Part shown: piece after piece, positions 49,601 to 61,483 of the stretch
Layout of the letters: each line of letters begins with the position of its first letter
How positions within the stretch are numbered: the stretch's first letter is position 1
Source of the DNA: Acanthaster planci
Lineage: Eukaryota
Assembly: GCF_001949145.1 (NCBI RefSeq)
Contig: NW_019091356.1
Coordinates: forward strand, 4,570,934 to 4,634,933
Direction of reading: 5' to 3'
Length of the DNA stretch: 64,000 nt
The notes under the pieces: generated by a model
Seen by the model: the letters and a program-made list of their open reading frames with translations, nothing else
The model's database searches: none
Told to the model about the DNA's origin: nothing
Made by a program: the position numbers and the translations under genes

Positions 49601-52501
49601 GACTCACGCTCACTCAAGGACTCACTCATGCTTTATTCACGAATGACCGTTTGATATATCAAACTGGCTCATTATCGTCAGCTGATGTGACTCAGCTGTT
49701 TAGAGGAACTAATCCTTTCTGTACACAACTTGTGTCCTTTTTTTAATAGTTAATCTGGAGTGGGACTCATCTGCCTGTACGCTCAACTACACGAATGCCA
49801 ACCAGACAGATTGTATCTGTAAAGTTCTTGATCTCCTAGGACTGATAAAAGATCTCATTCCCGTTCCTACTGAGCCACAGGTAAAAACATTCTGTACCAA
49901 TGAGTCATAATTGAGATCAAAATTGGAGTATGTTAAGCTAACATCCGAGGGCCAAAGTTGTTCTCCTTTACGAACCACCGCTATAGCTTATATAATTATA
50001 ATTATATTATATAATCATAACTAATTTTCTTGTTCATAGACAACACAGGAGGTTCCTCAGGATCTCTTCGGATTTCTGGTGAGTCGCTTGTAATTTTTGA
50101 TGAAATTGTCACAAGCTGATTTCAATAGCGCTTTTAATTTGATTATTTAAATCCTTGGATACGACATTAAGTTGAATCAAAATAAGAAGAGTTTTGTTCA
50201 GGCAGATCTCTGAGTTTTGAATTGAAGCCAGTACAATTCTGCCAGGTTGCGCGCAAATCACAGAATGTACGATTATTGTTAGAGTTAATCTGAAAAGGTT
50301 AAAACTATCCATTGGCTCCACAGAACTTCCCGTATTACGTAACATTGACTGCACTGTGTTACATCGGATACTACATTTCACTTATTAGCCTCCTTCTCGT
50401 CGTTGCGACCTATGCTGTGTTCCCGTGAGTATTTTGCTCGTTCCCAAATCAAAATTAGTTCAGGAAAATGTGGAAGTTTGAATTGCCACCTACATCAAGC
50501 ATCATTTTGTTTCAATAATTAATGCCGCTTTATAAAAGCTCTTGCTCGTAGAAGCTGGAAGGTAAGGAAGTTTTTTGTAGTCACATTAATTATAAATGCA
50601 TAGGCCTATGTATATTTGAATGCACGCATGCTCTGCGCGTGTGTCCATTTGCCAAAGTTCTTTCAACTCCATTTTTACAGTCGAGTTCGCCGGGGTCGAC
50701 CAACCTTGATCCTGATCAACCTGTGTGTTAGCATCTTGCTTCTTATCATCGTTCTCGTTACCTCGACAACCTACTCAAGCACTCTGATTGGCTGTCGTAT
50801 CGCCAATAGTCTCCGGCTGTACTTCATATTGGTGTCGCTTATGTGGAACGGAGTGGAGGCATTCCACATGTACATCGCATTGGTTCGAGTGTTCTCCAGC
50901 CCCATCAGATATTTTGTGTTGAAATGTGGCGTGGTTGCTTGGGGTAAGAAAAAAAAAATACCAACTAAATTATGGTTATCATTACCTGACCCTGTGGTGA
51001 CTGCTAGATTGAAAAAAAAACTTCATTCATATTTGGATTTTCTTTCTAATTCTCTGCTCTTTTTCGATCAGGACTCCCGGCTCTTCTGATCGGATTGCCT
51101 CTAGCTTTCAATTTCGAAATTTACGACGGCACTTACAAAGATTGTGACTTTGTGTAAGTAACAATACCCGCTGTGTATGTGAGGGGTTTTTCTTTAGTAA
51201 AATCAAAGTCCATCTATCAGATCTTATCTTATCACCAACTTTATCGACGATCTTCCCTTGCTTCCTCCACAGTTGTCAGTTATCTGCTGAGGCTTTCAGC
51301 TTCGTGTTTCTTACTCCCATGCTCGCTATCGTAATTTGTAACAGCGTCGTCTTCGTTATGGTACTGTGGATTATCTGCAAAATGTACGCCAGAGGTACGT
51401 GAACCTTAACTGCAAACCTGTTGGGGACTTCAAACAACTGAGGGCCCTTGTAAAGTGGGTAGGGCTTCTTGGAAGTCATGTCTGACTCGGAGAAACTGTA
51501 CATGGCTCCCAGGCCGACAGGTAGAAGATCTGGGTGTGGCTTGTGCGAATAATTATTAGACAACGAAAAGTAGAAGTCGCGATAATCGAATCAGGGTTAA
51601 AAGAAAATGGGTGTGGTCAGTTGAGAAGTGGGTGTGGTGCATGATATATTTGGTGTGACTTCTGCTCGAATTAGAAATCCAGAGATTACTAAATGAGAGA
51701 CTCGATGGTCTCAGACATTCTTCAACTGACCACAACTGGCCGCCACATGACAAGGCTTAAATGTTGGAGGTGCAAATCCCCCTCTATTCATTCCAGACGA
51801 GCGGCGGTCCCTCCTGACGCAGCTGATTGGTGCAGTAGCTTTGCTGGTTCTTCTTGGCATTAGCTGGGGATTCGGAGCATCAGCTGCCATCACATATACA
51901 CAACCAGACGAAGATAATGTATCTGTTGGCTACTTCATACTTCAGGTCAGTGGAATTGAGATCTGTTTCCATGTTTCCAAATACTTGCATTCTCAGTGCT
52001 TTTTTATAGACTCATGACAAGACTGACAATTTTAAGATGTAAGCTATAGATGTAAGCAATAGTGTTGCTAGCCTGTCAGAACCGAGGTCTAAACGTTATC
52101 CACGTTACCATACCATTTTGCTGGTCTTTGGTTATAAAAGAAACTCCCCTCAGTGTCACCTTCTTTCTCCTTGACAGACGCTCTTCGTTCTAAGTGTGGC
52201 TTTCCAGGGTTTCTACATCTTCATCTTCCATTGTGTCCGGTACCACGACATCCGCAAGCAATGGCTTAAGACATTCCGCCCCTGCTGCAAGGTTTGTCGC
52301 TGCTCCCGTTGTCGCCAGACCAAACGAATTGACTGTGTGCTAGTTCCTGCCTCCACGCCCATGGCAACCCCAATGACGTCACCCATGACGTCACCTCTGA
52401 CGTCACCCACATCGTCACCGGACGCATCAAGTGCAGGTTTAGAACTCGACAACGCGAGCCTAGAGTTAAACAGAGTTAAGGAGAATGATACGCACTTATG
52501 A
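43694..52501 (+). CDS. Adhesion G-protein-coupled receptor (HormR-GAIN-7TM), 14 exons, about 886 aa
   Basis: Exons 43694-44015, 47076-47392, 47765-48024, 48408-48616, 48897-49150, 49278-~49365 (donor uncertain), 49750-49880, 50040-50078, 50324-50424, 50681-50943, 51072-51153, 51273-51394, 51797-51945, 52178-52501. Signal peptide, HormR-like W..GD..CP..AFRAC..W..C, GPS-like WDSSAC..TDCIC, and secretin-family TM motifs ILINLC, YFILVSLMWNGVEAFHMY, AWGLP, LLGISWGFG and FQGFYIFIFHC. Confidence 0.9.
45691..46440 (-). CDS. TRIM-like RING/B-box1/B-box2 protein (TRIM56/TRIM45-like), nested antisense in aGPCR intron 1; truncated or spliced 3' end
   Basis: 249-aa ORF with C3HC4 RING (CSIC..CSHNFCLKC..CPLC), B-box1 (CQAC..CMDC..CQECEKAH), B-box2 (CKEH..LFCKSCDVLICNKC..H..H) and a short helical segment. 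Confidence 0.85.
   Translation of the reverse strand: MAEGGVSETPLDMLEEDPKKINECSICLSGFKDPRQLNCSHNFCLKCLQELKQAQGEYGENIACPLCREETLLPGGGVDRLPCSQKVVTTTETQDEDQSFNQKIICQACDEENEAISRCMDCEHYLCQECEKAHNRLASLQNDKVATLAELGPDGKLEDRVPKCKEHPDHELCLFCKSCDVLICNKCTDFNHRPSTHFHSSIDEAYYKCKRAVHNAIGQTEESLKKFIDENPLSTSHSRARLATRLRSM
47418..47600. repeat. Degenerate (AACCC/AACTC)n pentanucleotide repeat
   Basis: Runs of CAACC, CAACT and CAGCC units. Confidence 0.7.
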
Positions 52502-54593
52502 CGTATAGTTTGAAGTCACTGTCTTCATGAATCAGTCATTGACGTTACAATTTCACCAGGTTGGCCTAATAATTGACCCATTTTTTTCGAACTACCCAAA
52601 AACTGCTATTATTCAGTTTTTAAACAAAGTTTAACTTACACTACATTTTAAGAAAGAAAATGAAATATGGAGATTTTCCAAAAGCCCTTTTCCAAGTTGT
52701 ACCTTGTCGATACAGTTGTCGAAAAATACAATGTACATATAAAATACAGTTGTGATTTCATAGACATTTTTGATTTGTGGACCAAGCTTAAAAATCAAGC
52801 TCCTGGAAAAGAATCTTAACTAGAGAATGACAAAGATTACATTTGTATGAAACTTCCTTTTATTTTGAAGCATAGCAACTAGAAAGTGGTCATCTCAATT
52901 TTCTTTATTTCCGTTAAATGCTTAAGGATTGAATCCAAAATAAATCACTGTAGATAGGCCCCCCAAAAACTGATGGCACAGAGAAAAAAGTGAAGATTCA
53001 AATATTTGATAAACTTATTTGTTTTCTTTTGTGACTGGCACCGTCAATCAGTGTAAAATGTAAATAGGAAAAGGAAACAGCACGACACTCATGTTTGGAA
53101 TGTGTCCTTGAAGTTAAGGTTGCAATAATAAAGTCCTACATTATGAAAGAAAATCATTGTCTACAATGTTCTGCGTGGTCGCTTTGGACTTTTGTTTCTT
53201 CGCGAACTGCCTTGAGGGTTTCTTTGTATCACTGAACTGTAACATGAAAACAACATGTCAAAATGTCAAAATGGAGAGTTTTTCATGATATGACCACAAA
53301 CAAGATTAACATCACAAGCGCGTATTTTGATTTCGCGTATTTAGTATTTTTGCAAGATCCCTGTCGAAAATGATTCTGCCGAAAAAAATGGAAGGAGAGG
53401 TTTTCTGTGATAAACTGCAGATACACCATAATTGGGTGAAACTACTTTGTATTTATTATCCCTATTTAGGTTACAGATACCTATGCGTTTCTAACACGCT
53501 GTTGTTTTTATATGCCACGTGCTCCTAGGTCTCATAATCAAAAGCGAAACAATGATTTGTTGCCGCAAAGAACTGTTCGTTATAACACAAAAGTACTGTC
53601 TTTCTCAAGCTTGACACTTGCAGTACAGGTAACGAATAAGATCAGCAAACTACATAGAGGCCAGAAAGTTTAGCATAAAAATAGCAACATGTGAATAGTC
53701 TGGATAAGAATTTCAAAATTTAAAGGACACACTACGAAGCTCAGCTCTAAGTGTACCATTTCAAGACATAACAGAGGTATGAATAAAATATGGGGACCAC
53801 TAACATCTACCAGTAATCGTCGAACTAAATCTACGCAGAGGAATAGATGACAGTAATGTAACGGGAGAGTGTACTCGCAACAAAACAATACCTTAAAGTT
53901 CTATTTAATAAGCAACATCTGAAAATAAATGAATAGGACTAAAAATAAACCTTAGCAAGTATAAGCTGTTATCAAAATTACAAACAGGTAAACAGACTTA
54001 ACATTTACCTCACTTTTTATCTTTGTTTCGCAGAAAAACAAATATTTCTTTGTGTCTTGTCATTCTTCGTTTCCATATTAAAAGCTATAATTCTATTCAA
54101 GTAGTCGAGGAAATTTTCGAACAGGATTAAATAAAATGCATACACAGAGAGGCTAGGACACAAGCTTTGTTTTTCCAAAAAAATACTCCATTTGAATAAC
54201 TCCGCCATTCAGGGCGACATGATTTACACCGGTAGAGGCTGCGGTGACCCAGAAAATCGATCTATATGGATGAAAGCAAGTTCCAGATTTCTACATGTAA
54301 TTATTTGTGTTCAACTGAAAAAACAAAGATGACGTTCGCCACTGAAATTTGAACCTAGACCCCGTGCTCGTCGATAATGGCATGCCAGCGAACGGTTGAT
54401 GCATCTGGGGAAAATAAAAACAAAATCAAAAGGGACATTGACTTCAGTTATTGCTACTGACGTAGGTATCAGGTGTTTTAAAATCAGGTGGATTAAAAAA
54501 AGGCAAAGAAAAGTAATCATCGTGTGTGCTCCCACCCTCGTCCTTAAGAGTCTGTGATAATTTAACGTCTCGTACTCCTGACTCTCGTACCTT

Positions 54594-57500
54594 CTACACA
54601 GAGTAATCAGTCCCGGGTATGAAGTCTGGAACCTCTGGTTCCACGGGTACTTCATTACCAGGCCCATCCTCGTACCAGTCTGGGTAACCGCTACCACTGG
54701 CTTCGGTAGGGCCTGGCGTGGGCCCTGCAGTTGTCGTGGCTGGGGTGGTCGGGCCAGGTGGGTTACAGGGAATCGGGGTACCGTCCTCTTCCTGTGGTAA
54801 TTCTGCGGAGAAAAGAGTTTTCTTGCTCTAAAAATATCCGGACAACCCTAAAACTAATTTGGTTTTGGTAATCCAATTGGAAGCTATTGAGTTATGTGCA
54901 CAAGAGCAAGGTTTTGTATGTTTTCGTTCAGCATCGCCAGTATCCTCCAGAAAAGTAGAATTTCGATTTCAAATGAGTAGTGCTTAGCAACCAGCGCAAC
55001 ATGGCTAGTAATCTTAAAAAAAAAGGCTAACTTGACCCAATCTTACCACCAACAAGACCCGTGTCGCTAGCCACAATCTTCCATCCCTTGTACGGCCTGT
55101 CGTATTCCGTTACCCATCGAATCCAGACCACGTTGGTCCGGGGGATAAAGGCGTCATAAAGCGGCCGAACGAAGCCACTGTGCTGATCCACAATCACGCT
55201 GCTACCAAAGTCCTTCTTTCTGCATCTGAATAAAAAGAGGACAGAAAAAATGAATTCCTTTTCAATCAGAATCACCTTCGGATGTTATGCAGTTCACGGA
55301 TGGAATGCTAACTTAACCTACAGATCTAATGCCCCAAACACTTAGGCCGAGACCTCGATGCAAGATATGGAAATCTTGGGTTTGGAACGCACCTTAACAA
55401 AGTGACACTTGACCACCATAATTTATATCAGACGACCAACAAGGTGTGAAATTTACGGCGTACAGCGAGCGAATGTAAAGATAAAAGCTTATAAGGATTG
55501 AAATGTTGATTTTGGTTTATCCATCCGTTTTTCTTCAGCCTTGAGTTATTTAATGACGAGATATCTTGCCAAGATGCCACTGTTAGCCTTTCAACAGTTT
55601 TGTCCCAAAATGTCTGCACAGCTAGCAAGTCCTAACCTACCCCTCTCCGATGCTGAGAACGCCGCCATAAAGCTCAGATTCAAAATCCGCCACACTAACG
55701 CGTAGACGCCTGTTGTTGGGTCCGACAAGCGTGTAAATACATTTCTGGTTGCCTTCATAGCGGTATGGATAACCAGGAGAAGCGATGGAGATAGATGCAT
55801 TAGATGGCACCATGATATATCCACCACAGTCTGTGTTGGAGGAAAACATTTTTTATGTCACACACTATGACTGATATTCGTTGGTGCTAAGTCTCTCTTA
55901 ATTATGCATCAGCACATACGAAACTAATGCGATGTACATGTAAGAAGAATAAACAACAGGACTGCCTTTAATTTTCATTTTTTCAGACGGTTTTTCATAT
56001 TTGTTCGATGGTATTGTATGGCACTGAGCAGATCCCATTTGCCCAACTCTATTAGTAACAACATAGCAATCACTTACAGGCATCTCTTTACCTTCACAAA
56101 TTTCGATCGATTCACTGTAAATAAGTATGATAGTTTGTAAAGGTTTTCAAGCTTTCTCTGTTTTTAATTACACACAGTCTGGTACCTTGGGTGGGGACAG
56201 AGATTATATCCAACTTCCATCCGTTTAACTCCGTCTGGAAGTCCGTCAGGAATCTGACCCAGAGCTTTTTCTGGTCCGTGGTGACGTCCTCGGGTTTTTT
56301 AGTGCCACTGTGCATGTTGATAAGGGCCGTGGACTCGTCGTCCGGGTTGGAGCCCGTACCTACGCTGACCACATCCCGGTGCTTCTCGGTGTTGAACTGC
56401 TCGAAGTGCAGCAAGACATTCCCCTCGTAGGGGATGTCAATGAACCACTGGCAATCCAGGATGGGCCGATACTTGTTCGGATAATCAGGAGAGGTGATGA
56501 CAGCCTTACCCATGCTAGGATCGAAGCGAACCGTACCCCCGCAATCTAAGAACAAAAATTATTGTTCCAGTAAGAACATGAAAGATGTCTATGGACATTA
56601 GGCCTACGGACTGGAGAAAAGATCATCAAACTGACACCAGACAAGCATTTCCTGTGCGGATAATTTTCCAAATTTTCCAATCAAACCTTAAGTACTACAA
56701 ACTGGCACACCTATAAATTGATTCAACATCTTGTTTTTTTTTTCAAAGTCAGAATTTTAGTTAGAGAACAATGAGATACCCGTCAGCAGCTCAGTAAAAT
56801 GACCTGGCTTACCCCTGTCTGGTTTGACCCTGGCCTTTTCTTCTACTGTGGTGTTTGAAGCTGCGAATGGAGAATAAATGATCTACAAATTACATTACGA
56901 GTTGGCCTACACGTTCGTTTCAGTAAAACAAGAAAGAGTACTATATCAATGTGCTTCTGGACCGGCTTGGGTTTTCAAATTGCCATTATTAAAGTGGGTA
57001 GGTGAAAATTACCAAAATATTTTAAGTACTCTTAAAATATTGTATTTCGGCGACAAAAACCCCAAAAATTATATATTGCGTTTGAGTATTGTCGGTGTTT
57101 GGATCAAAGACCATCATGTGCATGAAGGTTGTGTTGAAAAGCTGTAAGCCTCCCTCTCCTACACGCTTTGGGGCGGAGCAACGTTTGGCACCTTTAAGAG
57201 GGTGTCTAATAGGCGTCAGTTACTAGTTGATCCCTGTGCTGGGGTTGAAAACTCTTAACCTGTGCCGTAGATCCATTAGTGATTGTTTAATTTCAATGGA
57301 AGGCTTATAACTCAAGGATAGATATACTCACACATGATATTACTGTCGAATATCTGTACTTTCCATCCTCGATCGATTACAGTACCATCTGTCTTGAAGT
57401 GGATCCACATCTCATTCTCATCCGTTGTGAACTCAGCCGGTTCTGGCAGCGCATCACCGCTCCAGTTCTCGATGACGTAATTGGAGCCATCCCGGGCCGG

Positions 57501-60500
57501 TTCGGGTCCGAATCCCACCGAGACCGTGTCCCACTGCTTCTCGGTGTTGAAGTCCTTGAACACGGCGGTCAAACCTCTCTCGGGGTCACCTTTGATATTC
57601 CACAGGCAGTTATGGTTGAGATGGTAGCCAACATCCGGAAACTGAGGCGAAGCGACGACAGCTGAGCCATCTCGTCTGATGGGGACGTTACCTCCACATT
57701 CTTCAAAGACAAGACAGGTGGTGTTAAACATTATATACTCAACTTCGGCACTCACGAGAAACTATAAAAGACTCAGAGTTGCACAATTAAAAACCTGCCC
57801 CTTTGGACAATATTAATACTATGAACCAATCACGACGATTTTGGTACTGCTACTTGTAACTTATTTGGCAGGTGGATGTTCATTGACAGTTGTACAAGAA
57901 TATTGTTCTCTCTGCCTGCGTAAGATATACCTGTCGACACCTGTATCCTTTCAAATTACAACAATTTTTTGCACCATTTCTCGAGGGAGCAATTTACAGG
58001 ACTTTGGACCATTAAGTTGAAAAGTGTCATACCGTTGTAAGGCTGTTCCCTGACTTTAGCCTTGAAACCTAGTCTGTTGATACTTCGATCAGTCTTCAAT
58101 CTCATCCATATGGTACTAGAGTCAAGCATAACCGCTTCCTCGGGGCGCTTGTTGGCAGTCAACCGAATCGTAGGCGCACCAGGACTGCTGCCGGTGCCGA
58201 TGTCCAAAAAATCTGCGTCTGGTTCCAAGTCAAGTGTCTCAAAGGAGACACCAACGCGCTGACCACCTTCAATCGAGATGATCCAGTCGCACTGATAGTT
58301 GTTGGGATAATTCTGAGGGTACTGCGGGGAAGTGATGGTTTCCTCCTCGTCGCTCTTGAGTGTGATTTCCCCACCGCAGGCTAAGATAGAAATACCAAAA
58401 TGTACACTTCCAGAGCTGCAGAATGGTTGCGCGAAATTAGTATCATATACAAATCACAAAAAAGAAAGTATTCTTACGAAAAAAGTGGCAACTTTCTTTT
58501 TGTGATACCACATGTAAACACGGCAATTTATGCACTGTATTTGTTTAGATGATTGAGACTTTTCATTCATGAACTAAATTACTTATGAAAAAAATATTTA
58601 GGCCAACTTTCATTACGTGGCTTATCATTAGTTACTGTCGCTGTGAATGATGTGCCCCGGGACACCAGGACGAGTTCTAGACTATTGACTCTAGCACCTA
58701 CTATTGTTCACAGCACCGTCATCCAAAACGTCATTGATGTCAACTCCAGGGTCTAAAAATACAAACCATAATGGACAAAGAGGACAAAATCATTCTGTGT
58801 CACATTATATACTCGTTTGCATATTTGCCTGACCATTATAAGACTTCTTTTTCCAATACGAATTTATCCATACTACCCAAACTATCAATCAAATTCTCAA
58901 AAGGATGTCACAGATTCGTTACAATTAGATTGTCTATAAAGCCATGTTATACGGCCTTAATTATCCGAAGCAACATTGATGTTAGAACTTGCTTCGGTAT
59001 ACTTCAATGCAAGAAAAAGAAATGTTAGAGGCGAAAGGATTAGAAGAGAATTCGCTTGAAATTCTCACCGTAAGCATCCACATCGGCAAATTCAACCTCA
59101 AAACCCTTGTACGTGACCCACATATCGGTTTGAAATGTCAAGAACAGGTTACTGTCGGGTGTGCTAAAAGCAGGTGTCGAAGGAGGCGCCTGTCCACTGT
59201 GTTTAAAGATGTAATAATTGCTGTCGTCTTCCTCCATCTTGCCTGGACCTATGTTCATGAAGTCGTAGTTCTCTTCCGACTCGAAGCTTTTGACGTTGAC
59301 GCTGAGGCGAGTGCCCTGTGGGGCTTGGATGGACCACTCACATTTGATGTCACCCAAATAACTGCCGGGGAAGTAAGGTGAGTAGACGGTAGCTTTACCA
59401 CCCTTCGGCACTTCCACTTTTTCACCACAAGCTGGACAGAGAAAAAACACCTTGATCAAAAGATCGCATAAAAAGCGGAAGATTTCTTACAGAACTCCCA
59501 CTTTTGTGCGTGACTTTGTGTGCTTCGTGTCAACAATGTGTAGAACGTAACCAAAATAGGCACAATATGTTAAGCATATCATGTCTTTCATGTATCTCCT
59601 AGTTTTTGGTTTCTCCGACGTGAACCGCGTTCCTTTCTCCACTAGCGTGCATTGTGCAAGAGCACAAAAAAGTTTTGTCTGGCGTTGGCTAACTATGCAC
59701 ATGACATCTGTTAATTGTCCAACTCTTCGGCTGGGTGAACAAGTATTTTTTTTCATTCACATGTAAACGTCTTTCATATCAAGTCACGCACATAACACAC
59801 AGTCAACACCATCAGTGCATCGTAGGGCGCACACATTGCCTTCATTTCCTCCTCAGTCCAAATGGATGTTAGCTGCGGAAATATGCTAGATTTACGTTAT
59901 CAAATGCCCTCGATATGGCTGGACAGAGTCGAGGACTTTTTATACCACCAACAAGCAAGTTTGGCGAGAAGCTAATTTGGGAAGCACCGTTCACCTTCTC
60001 TTCAAAAGAAGACCAAGTTTTCAACCTTCGGAGTACATGCTTGTTCATCGAAATACCCCCGTCACCGGAGGAAATTATTTCAACTGGGAAATCCATGTAA
60101 TTGGAATATCATCTGGAAAGTGTTGGAAGGTAAGTTTCTAAACGATTGATCTCTTCTGTAAAGTTATACACGATATCTCATCGGTATATAGTTATTCCGG
60201 AAAAAGGCCACATTTTGGGGGGTATTAAAGTAAAATCTTTCCGTTATTTAAAAACATTGTTAACTTTAATAACAGAGGAGGAGTTACAACTGAGAATAAA
60301 GTGAAAATAAATTGGCTCACTGCAAATTTAAAAAGAGCAAAGACAAATAATAGAAGTTATTATTAACATAATTAAAATGTAATAACTACCATATAAATAT
60401 CAACATGTAAAATAACGAAACATGATGAATTAGAATAATTTGGAAGGAGCATGTATAAAATGAACCAAACGAATTAGAAATTCAAGTGAAATGAATGGAA

Positions 60501-61483
60501 TTTCACTTGAAATAAAATCTATAATCGCAACCGACATGAAACAAATGTTAGCGCAGGAGATCGAAAAATCCAGAGAGAACATTAATCTGTAGAATTTCTA
60601 AACCAGTGTACTTAACTGTATTAACTGCATTTCTTAATCTGCTTGACGTTGTGATAATTCAATATCACAACTTCAATTTCAGTGTCTACAAAGTCAATTT
60701 CGATCTGTCTGTTAACTGTATGTACACTCTTTACAGTCTATTCGACACATTTCTGAATGGTTGACGTCACAAGAGTGGTTTAACAGGCGCGAATCAAAAG
60801 AATAGTCGCATGACGTCACAATGTCTGGTTCCCTTCACTTACTTTTGGGGACATACTGAGGCAGCACGCACCAGTCCTCGTTCTCATCCCCATTACATAG
60901 TCTCTCTTGGGGTACGCCATAAGTCACAGAGGAACTGTTGAGACAACCGGCTCTGGTCTCCAGTCCGCATACCTGGTCACCGTCACAGATACCTTCCCAT
61001 GGTACGCAAAGATTCTCCTCCAGACACTGAACCCCCTTGGTGATATCTCCTTCGCAAACTTCACAGTCAAAAGAGGTTAACATAGTTCCTTGTAGTTATT
61101 ACTGGTAAATATGAAAGTGTATTAAATTTTAAAGCGCAATCTAAGAATCCGTTTGGCCGATCATTCACATTACTTTGTCCTAAGATGGTAGCAACGATGG
61201 ATTGAATACAGTCAAGGCGAGTTGCTAATTATATTGGATGCATACTGGTTCACAGGTCACAATGAAGTTATGCAAACTTAATTTTGAGGTGATGTGAGCC
61301 TGTTCCCATTGTAAATTGACAGGGAAAGGTACGGTAGTATGATTACTTACTTTCCAGACTGAGGTCATTCATCAGCTGGTTGAGTATGGACAACAGGTAC
61401 TTCGACTGCCTCTGAGTGGTAGGGGTTCTATCGCTCTGGCGCCGGACTCTCTTCAGGAAAGTCTCTTCGTCATCTTGCCCACC
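54594..61483 (-). CDS. Secreted CUB-repeat protein (furin-site propeptide, LDLa-like module, 5 CUB domains, P/T/acidic tail); 5' end not found in window
   Basis: Exons 61483-61351, 61058-60843, 59431-59069, 58380-58033, 57700-57332, 56545-56186, 55830-55641, 55225-55047, 54802-54594 (2367 nt in frame). Each CUB has CG[GE]..SPx[YF]P..Y....C.[WY] followed by an F.TD....GF/GW-like end. LDLa-like C..C..CVPWEGICDG..C. No TM segment before the TAG. Confidence 0.88.

Noticed and set aside
49478..49641. GC hairpin GCGCGTCCGA/TCGGACGCGC with short inverted ends
   Set aside because: Probably a degraded MITE, but no clear TSD and no second copy in the window.
59820..60112. Possible extra exon of the CUB gene
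   Set aside because: In-frame stop in the required phase, and the flanking exons join correctly without it.
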